A stretch of DNA of 64,000 bases from a virus (Duplodnaviria > Caudoviricetes), in the IMG/VR virus record IMGVR_UViG_3300033121_001585, positions 6,081 to 70,080 of that record; one strand, written 5' to 3'. Both the position numbers and the translations under genes were made by a program. Numbering within the stretch: the stretch's first letter is position 1; each line of letters starts with the position of its first letter. Positions 55,262 to 63,681 of the stretch are shown here, in pieces. The notes beneath the pieces were generated by a model, which was given only the letters and a program-made list of their open reading frames with translations, was not told the origin of the DNA and did no database searches.

Positions 55262-55559
55262 TAAAGATTGTTGGAGCTATTAATAGTATAACCGACGTAG
55301 ACACGCAAGTATAGAATATAGCTTTATCATACCACGTACCGTATTGGTTAACGCATACGCACATTCTTGGATGAACAACATTTTCTCTAAAATTTAAATC
55401 ACTTGTGTTTAGTAACGCAAAGCACAGCAAAAATATATGCATTAAACCAAAAAATGCTCTTGCACCTTTATCTAAAGTTTTTTCCATTCTCAAACAAGTA
55501 AATATAATTGATGGTATTAGTATGTAAAGAGAAATAAAGAGAAATACACCACTATACAT
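55242..55559 (-). CDS. Membrane protein
   Basis: Three hydrophobic segments. Confidence 0.55.
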   Translation of the reverse strand: MYSGVFLFISLYILIPSIIFTCLRMEKTLDKGARAFFGLMHIFLLCFALLNTSDLNFRENVVHPRMCVCVNQYGTWYDKAIFYTCVSTSVILLIAPTIFNDKKDN

Positions 55560-56197
55560 TAGTACAAACCTTCTTTTTCAAAACCTATATATTCTTGTAC
55601 GCTTCCCCAAATCTGATTAACTATTTTAGTGCTTCCAACTGTGATTCTACATATACCATATTTATGTTTAGTTTTACTGGATTTTTTAGGTTTCTTAAAA
55701 AGACTATATCTTGTAATATCTTCTAAAGATAACTGTTTTTTCCAATAATTAATTATTTCATCATCTGGTATATTCCCATGATGCTGTATGTATAAATAAA
55801 TATCTTTATTTTCAACCAAATAATATTTTCGTAGAAAAAACATAAAAAATTTAAGTAAATCTACATCACAATTAGTTACTGATACATTATGTTTGTTTTT
55901 ACTTCCTTCTCCCCACCACAGCATACATCCGGCAGCATGTTCCCAATGATTCCTGTTTATATCATTTCTTCCATTTTCTTGATATGATAATCTTTTTTGT
56001 TTGCATCTTTCCGAAAAATCTTTTAATCTTTCTCTATGATTGATTGTAATGTTTATTTTTCTTTTGATGTTAACTTTTATATTTTTTGTCCAATTATAGA
56101 TTGAACTTTTAGCAACCTTTAATTGTTTAGCTATTTCTGTAATAGTCAAATTTTGTTTTCTTAATTCAATAGCTAATGTTTTAATTTCTTGTTTCAT
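55559..56197 (-). CDS. HTH plus LAGLIDADG-like protein (start corrected to MKQEIK; the track start overlaps the tRNA)
   Basis: TITEIAKQLKVAKSSIYNW HTH; CMLWWGEGSK...VTNCD; YGICRI. Confidence 0.6.
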   Translation of the reverse strand: MKQEIKTLAIELRKQNLTITEIAKQLKVAKSSIYNWTKNIKVNIKRKINITINHRERLKDFSERCKQKRLSYQENGRNDINRNHWEHAAGCMLWWGEGSKNKHNVSVTNCDVDLLKFFMFFLRKYYLVENKDIYLYIQHHGNIPDDEIINYWKKQLSLEDITRYSLFKKPKKSSKTKHKYGICRITVGSTKIVNQIWGSVQEYIGFEKEGLY

Positions 56198-56220
56198 ATA
56201 GATTTTATCTTTTAAAATAG

Positions 56221-56292
56221 TCCCGGCAGTTGGATTCGAACCAACGACCCTCGACATATGAAGACGATGAGCTACCGCTGCTCCACACCGGG
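56221..56292 (-). tRNA. tRNA with CAT anticodon (Met/fMet-like body), CCA not encoded
   Basis: CCCGGTG TG GAGC AGCGGTA GCTC A TCGTC TTCATAT GTCGA GGGTC GTTGG TTCGAAT CCAAC TGCCGGG A. Confidence 0.9.
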
Positions 56293-56296
56293 ATAA

Positions 56297-56320
56297 GACT
56301 TGCTTAGCAAGTCATTTTTT
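56297..56320. other. Perfect hairpin between the Ro60 stop and the tRNA 5' end
   Basis: GACTTGC-TTA-GCAAGTC; the T run follows on the + strand. Confidence 0.4.
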
Positions 56321-56327
56321 ACACTTT

Positions 56328-57881
56328 TTATATACTTACATCGTGTATAATTTTAGCAAAATCTCTACTATCATTATTTACGAAGTTATCAATTACTTTA
56401 AATACAGAATCAGACCAACCTCCGACATTGAGAACATCCTTGTTTCCTAAAACCTGAGTAGTTGTATATGGTTGAATATCTATACAGACTAACTTAGCTT
56501 TAGGATTATTCTTTTTGAAAACATCCCATTCTCTTTGCATTTGCGTTGACTTTCCATATGATAATCTTCCGCTATTCATCCAACTTTCATTATCACTAAT
56601 AAAGATAACTAAATCAGCTTTAGTTGAATTTAAGTTCAAGTGTCTCAAAGCACAAGAACAATCTGTGCCTCCACCATGCAAAGCTAGTTTCTGAGCATTT
56701 GTCATTAAAGAATCCAATGGATTAAGAACAACGTATTTAACAGATGTATCAAATGGTAATATAGTTGTTCTAGCTCCATTTCTTCTTAATACAGAAGAAG
56801 CAAACAATGCTGCTACTTCAACGCAGGTTGTCTTTGATGTTGAACCTTTTCTTTCTCCTGTAATAGCAGACTCCATACTTCCGCTTGTATCAACGCAAAC
56901 TACTAAATCTTTAGCAAAATCAGGAATGTTATAAGTAGCGTATTCTGCCGCTTTTTGCACAGCTAATTTAATAGCCATGTGAATATTTGGCTCTAAATTT
57001 TGGAATGTTGTAAATAATTGATAAGGAAAAACTTTGCTGTATTTTACCGCATTCTCACTAGCAAGTTTTTCACTAATTACATTTACTAAATGAATATCAT
57101 CAAAAACATTATGTCTAGCTAAAGTATTGATATTCATTCTTAAAGCATTCCAAGGCATATTAACAGCAATAGCTTTCCACTGTTCGTTACTTAATTCTAA
57201 TCCTGTTAATACTCTAAAATCTACGTTTGGAATTTCAGATGTATCGCCAGCTTTAAACTTTTCAAAAAGCTTAATTTGTGCTGGAAGATTTCTTTTCTTT
57301 ACTTCTTTATTACCTAGTAACCAACCATAGAAAGCTTCTTTAGTCTTACTTTCTGGAGTTGGATGTATCATTTTTACAATGTCAGCAAGAGAAGGGTTGT
57401 TGCCAACAGCACCAGAAAATAGTTCGTCTCCGGTTTTTGAAGAAAGAAATTCTTTAATTAAATTCTTCAAACTAGTACCAAAGCTTTTCCGTCCAAACTT
57501 TCCGCTTCTAATAAGCTGAACAAAGTTACGGAGCATCTTTTGGTTGACGACGATTTTTGGAAAAATCTTTTTGACTAATTCTGTGTGACCCTTTCCTGCT
57601 AACCATGCAAGCAGAGCAGTTGGAGTATCCTTCATATTACTTTCAGTTTTTGCATATACAGCTAACTTAGCTATAAACTCTGGTCTGCACTTTTCTGCAC
57701 ATTCAAGAAATTTATCTAATTGTTCGCCAGCAGAAGCATAATAAGTATTATTAAATGTTCCTGTAACAGCTAATTGTGCTAAAGCATTTTCTGCGTCTAG
57801 AGAATAAGCTTTTCCACCAGCTTCATTAACTGTATCAGCTGCTTTTTTATTTGATTCTGTTTTAAAAACCATTTTGTTCAT
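56328..57881 (-). CDS. Ro60/TROVE-domain RNA-binding protein with vWA domain
   Basis: NEAGGKAY, LAQLAVTGTFNNTYY, SLADIVKMIHP, WNALRMNINT, vWA MIDAS VDTSGSM, GGGTDCS, ISDNESW. Confidence 0.93.
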   Translation of the reverse strand: MNKMVFKTESNKKAADTVNEAGGKAYSLDAENALAQLAVTGTFNNTYYASAGEQLDKFLECAEKCRPEFIAKLAVYAKTESNMKDTPTALLAWLAGKGHTELVKKIFPKIVVNQKMLRNFVQLIRSGKFGRKSFGTSLKNLIKEFLSSKTGDELFSGAVGNNPSLADIVKMIHPTPESKTKEAFYGWLLGNKEVKKRNLPAQIKLFEKFKAGDTSEIPNVDFRVLTGLELSNEQWKAIAVNMPWNALRMNINTLARHNVFDDIHLVNVISEKLASENAVKYSKVFPYQLFTTFQNLEPNIHMAIKLAVQKAAEYATYNIPDFAKDLVVCVDTSGSMESAITGERKGSTSKTTCVEVAALFASSVLRRNGARTTILPFDTSVKYVVLNPLDSLMTNAQKLALHGGGTDCSCALRHLNLNSTKADLVIFISDNESWMNSGRLSYGKSTQMQREWDVFKKNNPKAKLVCIDIQPYTTTQVLGNKDVLNVGGWSDSVFKVIDNFVNNDSRDFAKIIHDVSI

Positions 57882-58483
57882 TTGAAGTCTCCTTCAACAA
57901 GATTATGCATGAATTTAATTTCTTCAATAATAAGTAACGCTTCTTTAAAGTCTTGGCAATCTTCGTTTGCTACTTTCTTAAGTAATTGTACACTCTCTGG
58001 AAGATATTTTACAAGCCATTTTTTAGGAACATCTTTATGCCTGCAATCTTTAAGATTATCTTTCCTATCCTTCATCTTAATAAATTTTGAGATATTTGAA
58101 CTTTTTTCTATGTGTTCAAAATCAACTCTCTTTTTTTCTTCTCTTAGAGTTCCTTCTGGCAACCATTTGCTAGGGTTAGTTAATTCCATAACTAAGTTTA
58201 TAACATTATTACCGCAACCGTTTCTGATTTTATCGCAATAGTTGCTGACTAAATGATTTGGAATAGCATAGTCTTCTATAGTATCATGCAACCATGAAGC
58301 CGCTACCATTTCTTTCATTGACTCGCTATCATATGGTACTTTTAATTCCAGCAAAGAATTTTGTACATCTTGTGCTACTCTAGCAACGTGTACAATGTAA
58401 GGAAGTTTACTACCAAACTTCCTATATTGACCATCATGAGCGTATGATGCGATTTCAATAGCTTTTTCAATTATTGATGACAT
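57878..58483 (-). CDS. SpoT/Mesh1-like HD hydrolase (small alarmone hydrolase family)
   Basis: AHDGQYRK, PYIVHVARVA, WLHDTIED, VMELTN, IKMKDRKDNL. Confidence 0.85.
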   Translation of the reverse strand: MSSIIEKAIEIASYAHDGQYRKFGSKLPYIVHVARVAQDVQNSLLELKVPYDSESMKEMVAASWLHDTIEDYAIPNHLVSNYCDKIRNGCGNNVINLVMELTNPSKWLPEGTLREEKKRVDFEHIEKSSNISKFIKMKDRKDNLKDCRHKDVPKKWLVKYLPESVQLLKKVANEDCQDFKEALLIIEEIKFMHNLVEGDFK

Positions 58484-58881
58484 AATTCCTTAAGTCTTTC
58501 TGTAATTTTTAAGAAATCCAAATTTTTAACTATTCTGCAAGCTGGATGATAAGTGTAAATGACGATTACATCATTTACTTGTATTTGGGAAATAACTTTT
58601 TCCGCTTGCTTTCCGAATGCTATTATAGCATCAGGTTTTTGCTCTGTCAATACCTTTTTTACGTGATTTATATCCGGTTTAACTACTGAATCCGGCGAAT
58701 CTCCAACTATAGGAGTGGTATTATCCCACCAAAATTCTATATTTGGGCAATTTTCTGTAAATATTCTTAGTCGTTGCCCGCTACGAGAACGATGTAAAGC
58801 TTTTAACCATGATTCTCTAGGCCAAATGCCTCCAGCATATAATGGTGACCAAGCATTCTGAAGTAGACCTAATACTTTCAT
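58471..58881 (-). CDS. UDG-superfamily-like hypothetical protein
   Basis: KPDAIIAFGKQA and TYHPA. Confidence 0.45.
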   Translation of the reverse strand: MKVLGLLQNAWSPLYAGGIWPRESWLKALHRSRSGQRLRIFTENCPNIEFWWDNTTPIVGDSPDSVVKPDINHVKKVLTEQKPDAIIAFGKQAEKVISQIQVNDVIVIYTYHPACRIVKNLDFLKITERLKELCHQ

Positions 58882-59420
58882 GTATATTTAATACCTAGAT
58901 GAGTTCTTAAAATCCAGAAAAATGCATAGCAATCATAATGATTATCTATACAGACTGTAAACTTCTTATTGTTGTTTTTGTATTCATCAAATTTAAATTC
59001 TGTCATACCTTCACAATAACAATATCCATAGTTTTTATCGTTAAACAAACCTAAGAAATTGCATGTTATTGGAATTGGTGATTCTATAGAAATATTCCAA
59101 TTATGAAAATTGTATCTCATCCATACTTTTACTCCTTCTGCTATTTCCATATAGTAAACAGGACATAGTACACTTTTTGAAGTATGATTAGATGCAACTT
59201 TTACTAAATTTTTGTATTCTTCATATGTTTTTGCTAGAATGCCTCCTAGTTTATCTCTAACAAAAATTATTTGATTCCAAAAACTATCTTTATATTTTAA
59301 ATCATCTTTGGGAGCATTTCTATTAGCCCATTCTTGTAGGAGTTCCATAAGCTTCGCTTTCTTTTTATCTTTGACAACCACAAATATCGCCAGGAGTGTA
59401 ACAGCAACCGCAAGTTTCAC
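58878..59420 (-). CDS. Hypothetical protein
   Basis: 180 aa ORF; true start probably downstream. Confidence 0.6.
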   Translation of the reverse strand: MKLAVAVTLLAIFVVVKDKKKAKLMELLQEWANRNAPKDDLKYKDSFWNQIIFVRDKLGGILAKTYEEYKNLVKVASNHTSKSVLCPVYYMEIAEGVKVWMRYNFHNWNISIESPIPITCNFLGLFNDKNYGYCYCEGMTEFKFDEYKNNNKKFTVCIDNHYDCYAFFWILRTHLGIKYT

Positions 59421-59610
59421 AATATCTTTCTAATTCTTCATAGCCGCTATCCATACTATCATTAATCCAGTTTTGAAGATGGCCATTTTTTTCTTCTTCA
59501 GTCATATTATGCCATTCTTCACTAGAAATGTTCCAATCTTCAGTGTCGAATGTTTCTTCTCTTTTAGATTTGCAATTTGCTCCGTTATTGCACCAGAATT
59601 TCACCCTCAT
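59365..59610 (-). CDS. Small Cys-containing hypothetical protein
   Basis: CETCGCC...CGC. Confidence 0.55.
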   Translation of the reverse strand: MRVKFWCNNGANCKSKREETFDTEDWNISSEEWHNMTEEEKNGHLQNWINDSMDSGYEELERYCETCGCCYTPGDICGCQR

Positions 59611-59854
59611 TGAATTTTATCTCCATTTTTGGTATATCTATTAATTCATGTTCTTCTGGTAGTTTATATATTTTATTATTAATACAAACTAATCCTCTTT
59701 GAATAATCTTTACTTTTTTATCTTCAATTTCGTATAATATTCCTAAAAAGTATCCGTCTGGATAATATAGTTTAATATTTGTTCTTAGAATATTGAAATA
59801 AAAATCTAAGCCAAGATATAAATTATCAGCGTTAATCATATTTGTTTTTCCCAA
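59585..59854 (-). CDS. Hypothetical protein
   Basis: 89 aa coupled ORF. Confidence 0.5.
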   Translation of the reverse strand: MGKTNMINADNLYLGLDFYFNILRTNIKLYYPDGYFLGILYEIEDKKVKIIQRGLVCINNKIYKLPEEHELIDIPKMEIKFNEGEILVQ

Positions 59855-60321
59855 AAAAGACTTTCTTTGGGATTAATCTTAATCAAATTAATTCCGTCTA
59901 ATGTAATATACATATTGTATTGGTCGTCTCCGCAACAGAAATTAAATTTTTTCAATTCAAAACCTTGTCTAATAAGATTATTTGAACTGTAAATATTTAC
60001 TGTATCTGTTATTGCTATGAGTTTTTTAATATTTCTTGCTTGAGCTAGATGTTCTCTTGTTTGAATTAAACTTTCTTGTAAACCTTGTCCTCTATATTTT
60101 GGACTTACATAAGTTGGACCTAAATAAGCAACGCTATTATTTAGATATGAGATTCTTCCAAACCCTCTTAATTCTTCGTCGTTATATTTAACAGTCCATT
60201 CCTTGTCTATGTTTGTATCTACATAATTATATCCGTCCATCTTTTGGGCTATATCTATAACTTGAAGATGATTAAAAATTTTTTCATGAGGCACACAAGC
60301 TATTGTCTGAAATCCTCGCAT
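59836..60321 (-). CDS. GNAT acetyltransferase
   Basis: YVSPKYRGQGLQ motif A; NIYSSNNLIRQGF. Confidence 0.85.
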   Translation of the reverse strand: MRGFQTIACVPHEKIFNHLQVIDIAQKMDGYNYVDTNIDKEWTVKYNDEELRGFGRISYLNNSVAYLGPTYVSPKYRGQGLQESLIQTREHLAQARNIKKLIAITDTVNIYSSNNLIRQGFELKKFNFCCGDDQYNMYITLDGINLIKINPKESLFWEKQI

Positions 60322-60838
60322 AAGTTTTTTCCTTAAATTTCTTTAGGTCAGCAGAGAAGGTCGGGTTGTACGCCTTCCAATCCCTGAAATGTCCAAAGTC
60401 AAAGTGGTGCTGTAGACATAATACCACAAGGTTGCTTTCTGTCAATTCCAGTTCTGGATAAAGATGATAAGGTTTTATGTGATGTACTTGTAAGTTGCTG
60501 CTGGAATTACAGATTGTACAAAAAGGATTTTTTGATACAACTTCATTCCTAACTTTATACCATAAACCGCTTCTCTCACAAATAGTTAAATGAGCAAAAG
60601 AGACAATGCCGAAGCAAGCCTCTTCGATGAGATTTGTTTTTGGGTTAAGGAAGTAGGTCACTTCCCTTGCTAAAGAATAATCCTTCGTCATCCGGTTTTT
60701 CCTCATAAATAAGGGCACAACAGTCGTAAGCGTAACACTTTGGGCAAATTGTATCAGACATAGCAAATTCGTCGCCAAAATATTCTGAGTGTTTGATTTC
60801 TTTGAGTGGAAATTTATGACCACAATCTTCGCATTCAA
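60284..60838 (-). CDS. HNH endonuclease (true start probably near 60691)
   Basis: CTICNSSSNLQVHHIKP...NLVVLCLQHH. Confidence 0.85.
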   Translation of the reverse strand: MNAKIVVINFHSKKSNTQNILATNLLCLIQFAQSVTLTTVVPLFMRKNRMTKDYSLAREVTYFLNPKTNLIEEACFGIVSFAHLTICERSGLWYKVRNEVVSKNPFCTICNSSSNLQVHHIKPYHLYPELELTESNLVVLCLQHHFDFGHFRDWKAYNPTFSADLKKFKEKTYARISDNSLCAS

Positions 60839-61052
60839 TTTCTATAGAGTCATCGTAAGTGATATTATATTTAGGTTGTGGCCCTATGCTGTATACTCTT
60901 TGAATATCAAATTTTATTGAAACTAAGTTTCCTTTTTCGTCATATGTTTTTTCGCATCTTCCAGGAACTTCATAGTAATCCTTTTTGAAACTAGGATTAG
61001 GTTCGCAGGATTTAATTGGTACTAAATGATAGTAATAATCTTTTTCACACAT
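60645..61052 (-). CDS. Zinc-ribbon hypothetical protein
   Basis: CEDCG...CPKC. Confidence 0.6.
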   Translation of the reverse strand: MCEKDYYYHLVPIKSCEPNPSFKKDYYEVPGRCEKTYDEKGNLVSIKFDIQRVYSIGPQPKYNITYDDSIEIECEDCGHKFPLKEIKHSEYFGDEFAMSDTICPKCYAYDCCALIYEEKPDDEGLFFSKGSDLLP

Positions 61053-61251
61053 GTTTATTTTTCCACTTTTCCCGAAAATCTACAGCTTCCTTATATTCTT
61101 CATCTGATATATCCCAACACAAAGAAATCCCACATTTATTACATATTGGAGTTAATCCGCCAGGAATGGTACTTGCTGTAATATGAACTCCCATAGGGCT
61201 ACGCTTTATCCTTTTATTTTTATAAAGCGGTCGGTTTCTCGTAAACCGCAA
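61045..61251 (-). CDS. Small hypothetical protein
   Basis: CNKCG. Confidence 0.45.
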   Translation of the reverse strand: MRFTRNRPLYKNKRIKRSPMGVHITASTIPGGLTPICNKCGISLCWDISDEEYKEAVDFREKWKNKHV

Positions 61252-61601
61252 AAGTTACACGTTCTTGTTTCAGATGAAGAAAAATCAGCAAAATCATTTG
61301 ATGTTTCTGTATATTCTTTATGCTGACACAAATTTTGTAGTTCTTGTAATTTAGCTGAATATTTTTCTAACAAAACTCTATGGTCTACTTGTAATTTATC
61401 AACTTCGCTTCTTAAATGATTTATGTAAGTAAATTCTGTATCTATTTTCCAAATACGACTATTTATAATTTGATAACAATCAAATTGTTTTGCGGTTTTA
61501 AGAGCTTCCTCTTGTTCTTCTGCTTCGAAATCTTTAATAAAATTTTCCCAACCATGACGTTTGTCATTGTTGTTCCAAGCGAACAATAAATACTGCTTCA
61601 T
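61206..61601 (-). CDS. Hypothetical protein
   Basis: YLLFAW...GWENF; C-terminal CQH...CNFCG. Confidence 0.6.
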   Translation of the reverse strand: MKQYLLFAWNNNDKRHGWENFIKDFEAEEQEEALKTAKQFDCYQIINSRIWKIDTEFTYINHLRSEVDKLQVDHRVLLEKYSAKLQELQNLCQHKEYTETSNDFADFSSSETRTCNFCGLRETDRFIKIKG

Positions 61602-61984
61602 ATTCTGCCTTCTCTTTCATATCCAATGCAAAAATGTAAAGGGATTATTCTTTCTCTACCTAAACTTAGTTCTTCTCTTATATCTTCTAATTGTTTAGAT
61701 TTAATTGAGTACCACCAAGCATTACCATTAGTTGACAAAGTTTCTAGAATTATTTTGAATTCTACTTGTTTGTTTTCATGTTTATTCCAGTGAGCAGAGA
61801 AGGCGTCATTGTATTCGTGATGAGAAACTATGGTGATATGCTCATCCCAACTAGGTTTAGTTAATTTTATTAGCCTGAAATTATTGTTGAAAAATAATTT
61901 TCTTAAGTATTTTCCTAATTGATAATCGCATTCCAACCATATCCACCAATTAGGTCGATATTTTATAGTTCCTACGCTTTGCAT
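61598..61984 (-). CDS. 2H phosphoesterase-fold protein
   Basis: Two Hx(T/S/C) motifs: EHITIV and LHFCIG. Confidence 0.65.
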   Translation of the reverse strand: MQSVGTIKYRPNWWIWLECDYQLGKYLRKLFFNNNFRLIKLTKPSWDEHITIVSHHEYNDAFSAHWNKHENKQVEFKIILETLSTNGNAWWYSIKSKQLEDIREELSLGRERIIPLHFCIGYEREGRI

Positions 61985-62251
61985 TTATAATGTTTCACCT
62001 TTTTTCATTTTATAGTAAGACCAATATCCATAGAACCATGCAGCCCCCATCAGATTTTTATCTTCATCTCCAGCATACATACCTGCTGGAGCGTGTGGGT
62101 TACGTGGAGGAAATTCATCTTTAGATGCTGATAAGTATCCTTCAAATGAAGCCTTTAAAAACGGCGTCAGTTTTGCGTAATTTGGATTGTGTTGACGCAA
62201 AAATAATTTGAAGTTTTTATTAGTATCTACTAATCTTAAGTTTTCAACCAT
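61985..62251 (-). CDS. Hypothetical protein
   Basis: 88 aa ORF. Confidence 0.55.
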   Translation of the reverse strand: MVENLRLVDTNKNFKLFLRQHNPNYAKLTPFLKASFEGYLSASKDEFPPRNPHAPAGMYAGDEDKNLMGAAWFYGYWSYYKMKKGETL

Positions 62252-62468
62252 CGTATACTCCTAATTGTCTCCAGCCGCCTCTTCTATCTCTTACTTCTCC
62301 ATGTACTACTAACATATGTGTCTCTTCGAGACACCTTATGCAGTCGCTACAGATATCTTTTTCGCCTTTTATATGTTTAAGTTTTACTAAGTGAATTAAT
62401 TGATGGTCATTTAATTCTTGTTTACAAAAGTCACATGTATAAGTGACTATCATTTTTTCGGTTCTCAT
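62244..62468 (-). CDS. Small zinc-finger protein
   Basis: CDFC...CSDC. Confidence 0.6.
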   Translation of the reverse strand: MRTEKMIVTYTCDFCKQELNDHQLIHLVKLKHIKGEKDICSDCIRCLEETHMLVVHGEVRDRRGGWRQLGVYDG

Positions 62469-63235
62469 GATTTTACCGTTCTACTTGTAAATGAACAATA
62501 TCCATCAAATCTTTGATTTGTTAAAAGTGATTGCATATTGTTTTTTCTTTGTATTTCTAAATGTTCTTTAAATGTTAATAATTTTGTTATTTGCCCACAC
62601 GTTAATAAATCTCTTTTGTATAAATTTGCGCTTGAGCATGTTTGAACACCTATTACACAACATCCCCTATTTTTAGCTATGTATTCGTATATTTTTTCTA
62701 TTTGCGACTCAGAACAATGTTGTAAAACATTTAAACAGAATACAAAATCAAAATTTGATGGGTATGGTAATTTTGAAAAATCTTTTCCGTCATATGTTAT
62801 TGTCTTTTCTTTTGGCACTACTGATTCAGGATGATGATATACGTCTATTCCAACGTAGTTTACATTATACCTGTTTTCTTTATCAAGAATTGAATATAAA
62901 GAACCTAGACCGTATCCTATTTCTAACACATTCAAATCTTTAAGTTCATGATTTAGCCAAAAACTATAAGCGTAAATCGTTTCTAATTGATTTAAACATC
63001 CTGTGTGAATATGCAACATTTGATTAAAATAGTTTATCTGTTTAACAGACAAAGGTTCATTAGATTTAACTCCACCGCAATACGGGTGTCCGTTAAATTT
63101 TTCGCTTGCTTCTTTCCAAAATTCTCCACAGTCTATTTCGTCTGGACCTTTTACTAAAGGGGTGGCTTCGCCACCTTGTAGAAAATTTTGTTTGTATAGT
63201 TCGTATTCTTCTGTAGTAAAATTTAGTAAGCTCAT
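62465..63235 (-). CDS. Class I SAM-dependent methyltransferase
   Basis: VLEIGYGLG, YVGIDV, FDFVFCLNVLQH. Confidence 0.85.
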   Translation of the reverse strand: MSLLNFTTEEYELYKQNFLQGGEATPLVKGPDEIDCGEFWKEASEKFNGHPYCGGVKSNEPLSVKQINYFNQMLHIHTGCLNQLETIYAYSFWLNHELKDLNVLEIGYGLGSLYSILDKENRYNVNYVGIDVYHHPESVVPKEKTITYDGKDFSKLPYPSNFDFVFCLNVLQHCSESQIEKIYEYIAKNRGCCVIGVQTCSSANLYKRDLLTCGQITKLLTFKEHLEIQRKNNMQSLLTNQRFDGYCSFTSRTVKS

Positions 63236-63681
63236 TAATACCTCAAATATTCTCTATGGTAAAGCACAATAGCCCCGGCGGTAGCTACATTATAACTGTC
63301 TGGGTACAAACTGTCAAGCCTAACTGTAGTATAACATCGTTTTAATATTTCTTTTGGTATACCGTTATCTTCTGCTCCTAATAAATAAGAACAAATTTTT
63401 GGATGTCCAAAACCTTTAAGCGGTTTTCCACCTTGTTCTATTGCTACAATACGACAACCTTTTGGTAATGCCTTTTTATATTCTTCAAAAGTCTCATATT
63501 CAAAAAGAGGAATTCTAATTGGCACATTGATTGTATCAGATGATTGAGCCTTATATCTTGCCCCAATAGTGAAAATATAGTTAGCTCCAAGTAAAAAAGC
63601 GGAACGCCAAAGCGTCCCTACATTTACTTCTGATTTAACATTGTAAATCCCTATCGAAAAATAACCGTCTGATTTAATCAT
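63235..63681 (-). CDS. SPOUT (SpoU/TrmH/TrmL-like) RNA methyltransferase
   Basis: NVGTLWRSA, LLGAEDNGIP, SYNVATAGAIVLYHR. Confidence 0.9.
   Translation of the reverse strand: MIKSDGYFSIGIYNVKSEVNVGTLWRSAFLLGANYIFTIGARYKAQSSDTINVPIRIPLFEYETFEEYKKALPKGCRIVAIEQGGKPLKGFGHPKICSYLLGAEDNGIPKEILKRCYTTVRLDSLYPDSYNVATAGAIVLYHREYLRY

Noticed and set aside
56198-56257. N-terminal extension MSRVVGSNPT of ORF 55559..56257
   Set aside because: It is a translation of the tRNA T arm; the real start is the ATG at 56197
1016-62943. The + strand ORFs in the track (e.g. 1016..1300, 21662..22108, 43950..44597, 53162..53536)
   Set aside because: Each lies antisense to a better-supported minus-strand gene, is low-complexity Phe/Ser/Leu/Ile-rich and has no recognisable motif
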